Source: Yuukianura sp. NJ FZ-2021 (taxonomy: Eukaryota). Taken from it: a DNA stretch of 64,000 nt. Under the pieces are notes generated by a model. That model had not been told where the DNA came from. It ran no database searches and saw nothing but the letters and a program-made list of their open reading frames with translations. The first letter of the stretch is position 1. Each line of letters opens with the position of its first letter. Positions 13,301 to 25,300 of this stretch are shown piece by piece. A program made the position numbers and the translations under genes. The DNA is taken from contig CM102286.1 of assembly GCA_046563655.1 (NCBI GenBank), forward strand, positions 2,914,001 to 2,978,000. Direction: 5' to 3'.

Positions 13301-16300
13301 ATGGAAGGGCTGTAAGAATAACTGTAGCAAATGAAGTGACTGCCATGGCTAAAGTCTAACGTGGATTGGCTTCAGTTGGAGTTGAGGTAAAGTTAAGTAA
13401 GAAATTCAGTGCAAATTAATGCTGTGACACCAATGTGTCAAATTGTAGTCTAGTATTGTCTAATTCGTTTTTGAGCTCAAATCTAACTAGAAATCAATAA
13501 TTGTTAAAGAAACCCGTTTTTTTTTTCGGCGAAGGGGGGGGGATTGTATTTCAGATGCAATGATTATGATTATAACTTTGATTATGGTTTATTTTTGAAT
13601 TTAAAATTGATACTCGTGAAGTATTTCTGCTGCTGCTTTTTCTGCGATGGCCACAACGGCTGTATTTGTATTTGTGTTTACAATTTGCGGCATGATTGAA
13701 GCATCTACAACTCGAAGCCCCGTAAATCCATGGACACTAAACAGAAAGCCAGCAAGTTGACATTTTACATCTACTGAAAAAGTTTGGACATTTTTAAGAA
13801 TGAAGGCTACCGAAGTTTTGGGTCAACAACTGAATTTGGATCTAGCGGTCCGAAGCTCATTCTACAGGTTCCCGCTGGATGATACCATAGACCTGCATTC
13901 TTCTTAATGTAACAGCGCCAGTATTCATCGCTTGGGAATGTGTGTGTTTTAGCACATTCTGGATCCTTTACATATTCTGTGCCAATCCTCTTGAATGCAT
14001 CAGTTTCAACAATTTTTAGCACCGTCCTCATGCCTACCCAAACCAATGTAAAGAAAATTATTCGCTTAGAGTAATATTTTTTTTTATGAATTCCAAGTTT
14101 TACCAAATTTTAACACTTCGTAGTCTTTCCGGTTTTCTAGGAATTTGTAGTCAATTCTCGCCAATTCCGCGTTGTCAATAGACTGTTGATGAAAAGCGGA
14201 AGTATTCAGCATTACGGTACCAAGCGAAGAATCGCTAAATTGTGGACGGTCAACGAGTATTGCCAAATAGAAGTAGTTTGGTGAATTAGCTGCGAAACCA
14301 CTTCTACTCCCAAATTTTTTCCCTACAAGACCAAAATTTGTTCCGGTCAAGCCAATCTGTGTGTCTGGCCATTCCAACTCTCCTTCCTCCTTAGCTTTGT
14401 CTGAAACAATGAACGCTTGTATTCCTAGCCCAGTTTCAGATAAAACAAATTCGTGTTGTCGGTTTAGGTAGGCTTCGAAATCAGCCTCGGTTAAGTTGTT
14501 GTAAATATTGGATAATTTGCTTCGGTCCTTGACCTTGAACGGACCAATGGGAACCCCTTGATGATTTTGTAAATTTTTTCCAACGGGAAGGTCTTTGCGC
14601 AGTTCAATTTTGGCTTCTTCCAGAACATCCTTAGGTCCAATACCAGATTTTTGAAGGACCAGCGGAGATGCATATGCTCCAGCAGAAATTATGACTTCTT
14701 TTTTGGCGTAAGCTTGGAGTTTAACACCATGTCGGACGTACTCTACGCCAATGGCTTGAGCTCCATTGAACAAAATCTTGTGGACAAAAGCGTATCGGAC
14801 AACAGTCAACTTTTTTCTTTTAAGGTGCGGTTGAATATATGCGGTGTATGTGGATACACGCCGACCATCTTCGCGCAATACGTCTGCTGCATTAAATCCT
14901 GAATAATAAATTTAAATTGGAAAGAATTTTTATAAGTTCCACTTGTACGGCAATGCGGCATTAGAGTATGACAAACACGGTACCCTCTCTTTCTGGTCCA
15001 TTTGGATCGAACGTGCCGTAACCCAGTTCAGTGGCGGCTTTTTTCCAGGTCGGATAAATTGGGCGTGAAGTTGTAACGACTGTCAAAGGTCCATGGGTTC
15101 CATGTTGGTCTGATTGCAAAAATTTCATTTTTGAGCGTCAACCCAACATTTATTCGAATAAGGTTTGCCGATTTACCAGATTTTGGCCATATCCCATGGT
15201 ATGACTCAGATTTTCGAAAATATTTGAGTAGAGAGGCATAGGACCAACTCGAATCCCTCGAAATTTCTGCCCAAGCATCATAACTTCTACTGCAAAGTTT
15301 TTAAAATGCCTGCTACAAAGGTTATTTTGAAATTTTGTATTGTATGACACTAACTTACGGATGACCCCTGTTGTTAATCATAGCATTGTGAGACCCACTT
15401 CCACCAAGCATTTTGCCCATGGTATCTTCAATTATCTGAAACACAAAGGCACAAACTCTAGAATAACTCTAATATACACATTAACATTAACTTTGAAAGT
15501 TACGCGATTGTTGACGTTCTTTTGTGGAATAGACTTGTAAAAGTAGTTGATGTCGGGCGAATGTCCGACGTATTCGTAGAAGGCTGGCACAGAAACCAAA
15601 GGCGGTGGTTCACCACCAGCTTCCAGGAGAAGTACATTGAAATGTTTCGACAAGCGTCCAGCAACGATGCACCCAGCAGTTCCAGCCCCAACTAAACCAT
15701 TTCAATTATACTAACATGTTTAAATTTGAAAAGTTTGAAAAAAAATCAAAATATTTCTACAAATGCGCACCAACTATGAAGTCATACGTAGGTTGAGACT
15801 TTTGCTTTCCTTCGGTAAGAAATTGTTTTTCGTCAATTCGTCGCAGCTCCTCTGTTTCTAGACGTAGAAAGTAGGGAAGGGCTGTGAGAACCATGGCGGC
15901 AAATGACGCGACTCCCATCCTTGAAGTTTAAGTTTAGTTTAACTAGAAATGTTAAAAGTAAAATGAATGCTCCTTTCTGCTTATTGCATAGGCAAGGCAC
16001 CAGAATTCCAAATTGTATTTAGGTTATGGCATAATTTGTCAAATTTTGAGTTCTTATTCTATGCCACATGACATCAGCTTCTCCTTCTAATTTTTGATAA
16101 CTGAATGTCGAAACAATTTCTCACATTTCTTGAAAAAATTTACTCTCATAAATTAATGGAATATATTATAATTCCAATAATCTTTTAAGTAGTTTTCAAT
16201 TCGGTTGCAGAAAAACGTTTTCTACTGCTCTACTATATGTAATGGATCAAATTAAGAAACACATAGTAGGCAGTGGAAAGTTGTGTGTAATGCATTTATA

Positions 16301-19300
16301 AGAGGAACGCATTTCCCAGTGTTCATCGTGAGATCTTGTTAACAAAACTTAAAGAAAATTTCAAATGAATGATTTCTGGTTGAGAGACTACTTTAAAGAC
16401 AGACTTCAGTATGCTGAACTTCTAAACAATCTGATCCTAAACCAAACATTACTGGAGTAATCCAACAAAATGTACTTGATCCGCTTTTCTTTACGTATTT
16501 TATCAATGATTTGGAGAAAGTACTTGACCTGGTACGGGTCATGACATGGTCATTGGTGAAGACTGGAATGAAATCGGACCAGTAGTTTCTGAGATAAAAA
16601 TTTCGAACTGACAGACAGACAGACAGACAAACTACTTTTGTCATAACAGCTTCGCTATTATAATAACTGGAGCAAATGACCTGACTGCCACGACTAAAGT
16701 ATAAGGTTGATTTGGTTCAAATTGAAGTGAAGTAAAACAAGAAAATCGGTGCGAATTAATGCTGTGACACTAATTTGTCCAATTGTAGTCAAGTATTTTC
16801 TATTTTGTGTTCGAGTACAAATCTAACTCAAAATCCATCATTTTACTTGCAAGCAAACTTATCGTTTTTTTTGGGGGGCGGGGGAAGTTATATTTGAGGG
16901 TTAATTTTTACGGCTATGTTTGAATTTCAATTTGATACTCGTACAGGATATCTGCTGCTGCTTTTTCTGCGATAACCACAACTGCTGTATTTGTATTTGT
17001 GTTTATAATCTGCGGCATGATTGAAGCATCTACAACTCGAAGCCCCGTAAATCCATGGACACTAAACAGAAAGCCAGCAATTTGACATGTTACATCTACT
17101 GAAAAAGTTTGGACATTTTTAAGAATGAAGGCTACCGAAGTTTTGGGTCAACAACTGAATTTGGATCTAGCGGTCCGAAGCTCATTCTACAGGTTCCCGC
17201 TGGATGATACCGTAGACCTGCATTCTTCTTAATGTAACAGCGCCAGTATTCATCGCTTGGGAATGTGTGGGTGTTGGCACATTCTGGATCCTTTACATAT
17301 TCTGTTCCAATCCTCTTGAATGCATCAGTTTCAACAATTTTTAGCACTGTTTTCATGCCTGCCCAAACAAATGTAAAGTATTCGCCTCGGGTAATATTTT
17401 TATGTGAATTCCGAGTTTTACCGAATTTTAATAGTTCGTAGTCTTTCCGGTTTTCTAGGAACTTGTAGTCAATCCGCGCCAATTCCGCGTTGTCAATAGA
17501 CTGTTGATGAAAAGCGGAAGTGTTCAGCATTACGGTACCAAGCGAAGAGTCGCTAAATTGTGGACGGCAAACCTGTGTTGTCAAATAGAAGTAGTTTGGC
17601 GAATTAACTGCGATACCATCACTACCCACAAAATTTGTTTCTATAAAACGAATTTCTATGTCTGGCCAATCCGACTCTCCTCGCTCTTTAGCTTTGTCTG
17701 AAACTATGAACGCTTGTACTCCTAACCCAGTTTCAGATAAAACCAATTCGTGTCGTCGGTTTAGGTAGGCTTCCAAGTCAGCCTCAGTTAAGTTGCTGTA
17801 AAGATTGGATAATTTGCTTCGGTCATTGACCTTGAACGGACCAATGGCAACCCCTTGTTGATTTTGTAAATTTTTTCCAACGGGAAGGTCTTTGCGCAGT
17901 TCAATTTTGGCTTCTTCCAGAACATCCTTAGGTCCAATACCAGATTTTTGGAGGACAAGTGGAGAAGAATATGTTCCGGCAGAAATTATGACTTCTTTTT
18001 TGGCGTAAGCTTGGAGTTTGACGCCATGCCGGACGTACTCTACGCCAATAGCTTGAGCTCCATTGAACAAAATCTTGTGAACAAAAGCGTATCGGACAAC
18101 AGTTAATGTTTTTCGATTAATGTGCGGTTGAATATATGCGGTGTATGTGGATACACGCCGACCATCTTCGCGCAATACGTCTGCTGCATTAAATCCTGAA
18201 TAATAAATTTAAATTGGAAAGAATTTTTATAAGTTCCACTTGTACGGCAATGCGGCATTAGAGTATGACAAACACGGTACCCTCTCTTTCCGGTCCATTT
18301 GGATCGAACGTGCCGTAACCCAGTTCAGTGGCGGCTTTTTTCCAGGTCGGATAAATTGGGCGTGAAGTTGTAACGACTGTCAAAGGTCCATGGGTTCCGT
18401 GTTGGTCTGTTTGCAAAAATATCATTTTTAGCTGATAAAACCGATTTTTTTTTCAAAATCAAATGTTTTTGTCGCCAAAGCGTAAATCTAACATTTCTTT
18501 GAATTAGATGTGCAGGTTTACCAGATTTTGGCCATATCCCATGGTATGACTCAGCTTTTCGAAAATATTTGAGTAGAGAGTCATAGGACCAACTCGAATC
18601 CCTCGAAATTTCTGCCCAAGTATCATAACTTCTACTACAAAGTTTTTAAAATGGTACCTACAAAGGTTATTTTGAAATTTTCGATTGTATAGCATCAACT
18701 TACGGATGACCCCTGTTGTTAATCAAAGCGTTGTGAGACCCACTTCCACCAAGCATTTTGCCCATGGTATCTTCCATTCTCTGCAAAACATGGGCACAAA
18801 TTCTAGAATAGCTCTAACATACACATACACCTTTGAAATTTACGCGATTATTGACGTTTTTTTGTGGAATGGACGTGTAAAAGTAGTTGATGTCTGGCGA
18901 GTGTCCGACATATTCGTAGAAGGCTGGCACAGAAGCTAAAATAGGTGGTTCACCACCAGCTTCCAGAAGAAGTACCTTGAAATGTTTCGACAAGCGTCCG
19001 GCAACGATGCACCCAGCAGTTCCAGCCCCAACTAAACCATTTCAATTATATTAACATTTTTAAATTTGAAAACTTTGAAAAAAATCAAAATATTTCTACA
19101 AACGCGCACCAACTATGAAGTCATACGTAGGTTCAGACTTTTGCTTTCCTTCGGTGAGGAATTGTTTTTCGTCGATTCGTCGCAGCTCCTCTGTTTCTAA
19201 GCGTAGAAAGTAGGGAAGGGCTGTAAGAACCATGGCGGCAAATGACGCGACTCCCATCCTTGAAGTTCAGCTTTACATTAACTGGAAATCTTAAAGGCAA

Positions 19301-22300
19301 TGTGTCTTTTTCTGCTTATTGCATAGGCACCAAATTTCCAAATTCTATTTAGGTTATGGCATAATTTGTTAAATTTGAAGTGCTTATTCTCTGCCACATG
19401 TCATCAGTTTCTTTTCAATTTTTTATAACTGGATGTCGAAACAAAATGAAAAAAAACTCCTTTACTAAATTCAGAGCAGAGCCAAGAAGATATTGTATCT
19501 TCTGCATTAACTCGGGTTTGGAATAATTAGAAACCCGAATGTAGAAAAGAAAGTAATACGCCAAAATTATTTACAAATTCTTTTTCCCTTTGTTGTTGCA
19601 ATTGAACTGTAAATCCTCAAACCTATTTTCAGACGCTTAACCTGGGGCCCAGTCGATGGGTGATTTCAAATGGAGAAAATAGTTTGGAAAATCAAAGCTA
19701 TTATAATGGCTTCCAAATAGTTGCAATATGGAAACCCAAACTGTAAATTTCTTGAATGAATTATTCAGCGCCTGTTTTTGAAAGCCAATAACTCAATAGA
19801 ATTGCATTTGGATCATAGGATTGGAATAATGGGAAACCTTGAAAATGACTTTTCCAAATGCATAAAGACGCAGTTTAGAGGTTTCCATTTAATGCATTTT
19901 CTAAAGACACCACCAACGAGCAGCAGCGGGTGATTTGAAAACCCAAGTTCCTTTAGCATACGATTTCCTTATGTCTGAAACCTGCTGAAAAGAATTTCTC
20001 AACTGGAAACTGTTTCTGTTCAAAATAGGATCAAATGCAGAGGTGGAGGTTCGATTCCTTCTTCAGCTGAGGTGAATTTCGTGAATAGAGGAAAGCGCTA
20101 AAACGAAGTTTTGAATTTCCCGCGTTGTCCTCCCTGCGTTTATGCCTTGCTCCGACTGTTGGCGGGAAGTTATTAGACTCAAGGGATTTCGAAAAGGTCC
20201 TTAACACTCCCATTTATTGCCATCGAAGAGTCCATCTAAATTGGATAAGGTATTCAGGCCATTTTGGCGGGAAAGGGAGACGATTCTTTTGGTTCAGTAC
20301 AAAAGCGAAGTTGTCGCTGAAGTGAAAGCGACATGCAATTCATCACTATCTGCAACGACGACGCTTAGGAAATAACCAACAGATTTTAAGTAGATGCAGA
20401 ACGCAGAATCCAATTCAGAACAGAGAAAAAACAAAATTAACGACTTCCTCTTTCCCTTTGACTAGAAAAAGAGGGGAAAAACGTAAATTTTGGAGAAAGT
20501 ACCAACCCATTACTTTTTTCTCCACCTGATTCATGCATTTCAGGAAAACACAAAAAAAAATTCAAAAACAAAATTTCGCGGGCAGAAGCTCAAATCCCCA
20601 TTGGCCACTTTTTTTTTAACGATTACATTCAAATTGCCTTTGGAGAAAGTTAGAGCGCAAGTATTCAAAACTAGCATTTCACACTACAAGAAGAAAAAAA
20701 AACCTTAACCTAATCTGACTCATTACGTTTAAGTTTTAAATTTTTCTCAAGGTAGCCAACTAAGCTTTCTTTTTGAAAATTGTTGTTTGAACAGAGTTCA
20801 GTGCGCATGGCGTCGTGTCCCAAGTGAGCGTGACTGGCTCTCAACTGACAATGTTGGATGGGTCTGCCTTTGCCGGGTTAGATGTCCAGGGAATTCGTCT
20901 CTCTCGCAACCAACTTTACTACATCTCGGAGTACGCCTTCAGGTAGGTTCATTACAACCTGACCTAACTTTCTCCTTAGTTCTATGTTTATATTACTCCT
21001 TCTAGTAGTAACAACAACGACAGAAGAAATGGCGGGAAATAAACTTGAATTTGACTTTTATTTTTATTTGGACTACTCCCGGCTCCCGCTCTTTTCATTC
21101 ACAAGTCTTCCCTCTTCTCTTAATCACCTCCCGACTTCCTAAAAATAAAAAAATCAACTTTCCCCAAGAGACTTCCTTCTCCAAAAACATAAACGGAGAA
21201 GATCACTTTCTCTTTTCTGGTTCAGACTTGAGTCTGTTGGTAGCAAGTAAGAAAATGACTGTAGAAGAACTGGCTTGAACGTCTGCTATTTTTTTCTTAG
21301 GATTTGATGATGTTGCATGAGGTTTGGTTAGTTAGGCTCATGCTTTCATCATCCAAATAGCTCTCAAAATCCCACAAGCAACTGTTCATAAACATTAACC
21401 GTAACACCCGTAAGACTGATTTTCCGCAAAAAAAAATATAAAAGGAAGATGCAAACTTTCTCTTTTCTAATTTTCTGGTTCATTTTATCTTTACTCAGCA
21501 TGTTAGTTTTGAAATTAACAATTGAGATACTAACGACTTGTACTTTAAGTGACTTGTATTCTAAATATACATTGATATTAAATTTTTGCCTAGCATTTTT
21601 CAGCGAACGCAACGAGAGTTTTGCTTTCTTCTGCCATGTTTTGAGTTTTTCTGGTTCCAGAACTGTTACCCTGAATTCGAAGCGTGCTTTCTAAATTGTG
21701 TAACAACGAGGTTAGGTTAGGCTTGGAAAATTGTAGAAAACGGGAGAGATACTGTGTCAAGTATAGCTGGAGATGCTGCCAGCACAGCACGGGTGAAAGT
21801 GGTCCACTGCTAACTGTCTCTTTGGATCTCGAGAGAGTGCTTTCTCCTTTGCTTCCTTTTCCACTGCAATTCCAGGAATATGTTCTTGGGATAAAATTAT
21901 CTACTCATAAAAGACATAATTTTTGTCCCAAAGCCTACCGTATGTCCAATGTGCACACTTTCCCCAAACAGCAGAAAAGTCAAGGCACACTTCATATAAA
22001 CTTAACCTAGCCTAAATTTAACCATTCCCAAAAAAAGTTCCGTTCAGCAATTCTAAAATAGCTCAGCACTTTTCTTAATTTAAAATCTCACATTCAAAAT
22101 AAAAGTCAACGTAGGCCGGAAACAGCAAGTGTACAAAAAAAAAAAACTATTTTTGTTTCTTTCAACTCAAAATTTCTTTGTTTTCTGTTTGTGTTTTTTT
22201 TTAGTTTTTGCTTTCGGAAATTTTTACAACAAACGTGTTTTTGAAAGTGAAGTGAATTGGATTTCAAAAACAAGAAACTTCAAAAGAGCAGCGAGCGGAC

Positions 22301-25300
22301 ATGTTGATGTTTTCGGGAAGTGATATTTGAGGAGTTCCGTATCGAGTGACAGCTCCAAATCCTGTTTGGATCTATTCAGAGTCTGTTGAAAGAGAAAAGT
22401 GATCCTTGTGCGTGTGGTTGTTTTCACTATGTTGTGTGTATGACATAACATAGTAAGAACATAGCCTAACTAGTAATGGATCTAATCCTGCTCTGTTTTT
22501 CCTTTGCAGCTCGATGAGCAGTTCACTGGGAATGCTGGATCTGTCAAGTAATTCCCTGGATGAAGTCCCCCTCACTCCCTTCAGAACACTCAAGTTACTG
22601 GAGTGGCTCAATCTTAGCAAGTGAGTTCATACTTTCTACTTTCATGTGCAGTTCAACCTAAACCAGCAGAGAAATTCAAAGGTTCCGCTGAAATTAACTT
22701 TTCTGAAGGAAGCTTCAACTAAATCCTCTTGTGGCCAAAGATGCTCCTAGCATATCGCAATTTCAATTTTTTTTCCTTAGTCGAAGTAAAAAGCGTTTTC
22801 AAAATGAAAAACTTACAAAAAATCACTTACCTGCGCAGTTATTGCCGAACGCTGAAAAATGAACCTGGTTGAAACCTAAAGTGAAAGTAATGTAGCTCTT
22901 GAGGTGAGGAATTTTGAAATTGGCGATTAGATCAAGCTGGCGAACCAAAATTTAAAATTTTATGAATGCTTAGAATTGAAAAACTTTGAGCAGGAAACTG
23001 CTTGAGTTTGAGATGATTTAGGGATTTTGTGTCAATAATGGGCAAAGTCCTTGAAAGTTCATAAGGGGCAAGAGACTTTCACTAGAAAAAGTTGCGTGGC
23101 GTCCATTAATAATTCTTTTTGCTTTCCGTTCTACTCAAAGCAGGATTCGTTCCTCCGCTTTTACTTTTTTAAGTGAACTTTATTCATGAACTCCTCTTCT
23201 TGGCTTGAGGGGTCATGACCCCTTGATGTTTGGTTTCCCTTAAGTAAAACTATATTGTAACCTATGTTCTCCCTAACAATGGCATCTGTGACCCTTATGG
23301 TCTTTCGAAGTACTTCGAGACACAAGGGGTTCCTAATCAATCACTTTCTATCTTCCTTCTGGAGTCCTTAGCCCCCCGCCCAATTAATCATCATTTTTAT
23401 CTCCTTTCTCCTCCACTGAAACGCGCTGGAGGACTTTCTCCCTATTTTTAGAGTGGTGCTGGCGCTAACCTAACCTACGTTTTTGGCCTTCCCTTTGCGT
23501 TAAGAATGATCTGCCTGTTCAAGCATTCTGCTCAGCCACTGCAACGACCACAAACCGTTATTCTGTTTGAGGTTGAGAAGGCGCTGAGGGAGCGTCGTGG
23601 CGGTGGAGCGTAGTTCTCTGGGCTTCCTTCGACGTAGAACGGATGTGGCGGGAAGATGATGAATGAAAGATTATTCATTACCCCATCATCATTTTAGCCT
23701 TGTTTCCAAAATCTACAACCATTGGATTACTGCTGGTTCTCTAGCTTAGGCTAAAACCTAGCCTTGTGTGAAAGGAAAACTGAGACAAGGGAGAACATAA
23801 GTAATTAATCACGCAGACATGGATTTCAATAGTCCTCACGATCTTTGAACACGTTTCAAATCAATTTCGCGGTTCAGTTTAAAACAAATTTTGGAAATTT
23901 GAACTGTCACATTCCAAAACAATTTAAAACAAAACAAAAACAGGAATTCCAAACCACAAAAATTAGAGCAATTAGTTTTCTTAAAAGCAAAATTTTCAAA
24001 AACACGGAGTAAAAACGGTGTTGAAAATTTAGCATGTCGAGGTGAAAGTTTTAAATATTTTAGAAGAGCCAACCGAAGTGTGTCAGTGTTGTACAATGCG
24101 TGCGTGTGCCTAGCTTTTCAAATTTTGTTTTTCAAAATCGATTTGAATTTGAACGATTGTTTACGTTTGGTGCCTTCAAAAAGAGAATGTTGTTTTAAAA
24201 TAAAAGACAGTTTATACACTACAAGAAAAACGGTTTTGAAATATTCAAAACCAGCGTGTGTCCATTTCAAACTCTCCAGCCTCATTAGGAATCAAAATTT
24301 TCTATTTTTCTTTATTGTTTGCTGTCAGTGGGTTTTTGTTTTTCTACTTTGGGAATTGTGAGATTCTATGATTATGCCTGAAAATATTTTCGCCATAATT
24401 GGGCATTGCGAAACTGCGCTCAACGCAGAGACTACAATAGTGCTTGTCAATTGGAAAGCCATTTGGACACATGATGCCCGCTTTTCGGCTATATTGTTTC
24501 TTGTTCAAAAAAAGCGTCGGAAAAAAACAACAACATACGATTCTGTATGCGTCCAACACTCAACACTGTCAAACGACACATAGGAGAAGTCAATTGTCTC
24601 GCATTTCTATAATTTGGGAAAACGTAACTATAAATGAATGCTGAGCAGCGACGCATTTCAGAAAAACTGTAGATTTCTCTTGTTCAAGTTCTTTTGAATA
24701 GGAAGAGACTAGAAGAATTGGTTTTGGTCTTCTGGAAACGCATTTCTGCGACTTGCTGAAGAGGACTATTCACACCACTTTGTCCGTCTGTCTATCCGCA
24801 TTTGTAGAATTGGTTTATGACATTTCATGTTTGAGCATAGAATTTACTCATGCTCATTTCCATCTTTTAAACAATCTGTTGGTATTCAGTTGTAATTTTG
24901 TCAAAACTTTTACGTTTCATTTTTTTTTCAAATTATACAAATTTTTACACAGTAATCTAGTTTTCAAATCTAAATATAGTAGATGAAAGAATGGAACAGA
25001 ATTTGGTAGATAATTTGCAACAAAACCTAATAATTTATAATATGTATATACACTAATTCATAGATGTACTAATACATAAACGATATTTCTATACAGTAAT
25101 TGTAGATTGTGTAGAGTAATTGAATCTGCAAATTCGACTGTGTTCAATCCTTGAGTACAGACGTACTTTATTTTCGAAAGCATTGAATATTCCACGTCCT
25201 TGCGCCTATTTGTTGAGGGAATCGTACACAATAGGGGCATATGGTAGGGACAGAGCGTTAGTTAGTTGGTCCTCAATGGCCATAACACAGACTTTCTCCA

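Noticed and set aside
5045..19257. Horizontal transfer of the GMC genes from microbes
   Set aside because: Seven conserved spliceosomal introns and an arthropod-like architecture; only a phylogeny could support it
20700..23480. Scattered aacctaacc/ggttaggtt motifs resembling TTAGG telomeric repeats
   Set aside because: At most 2-3 units each and dispersed; not an array
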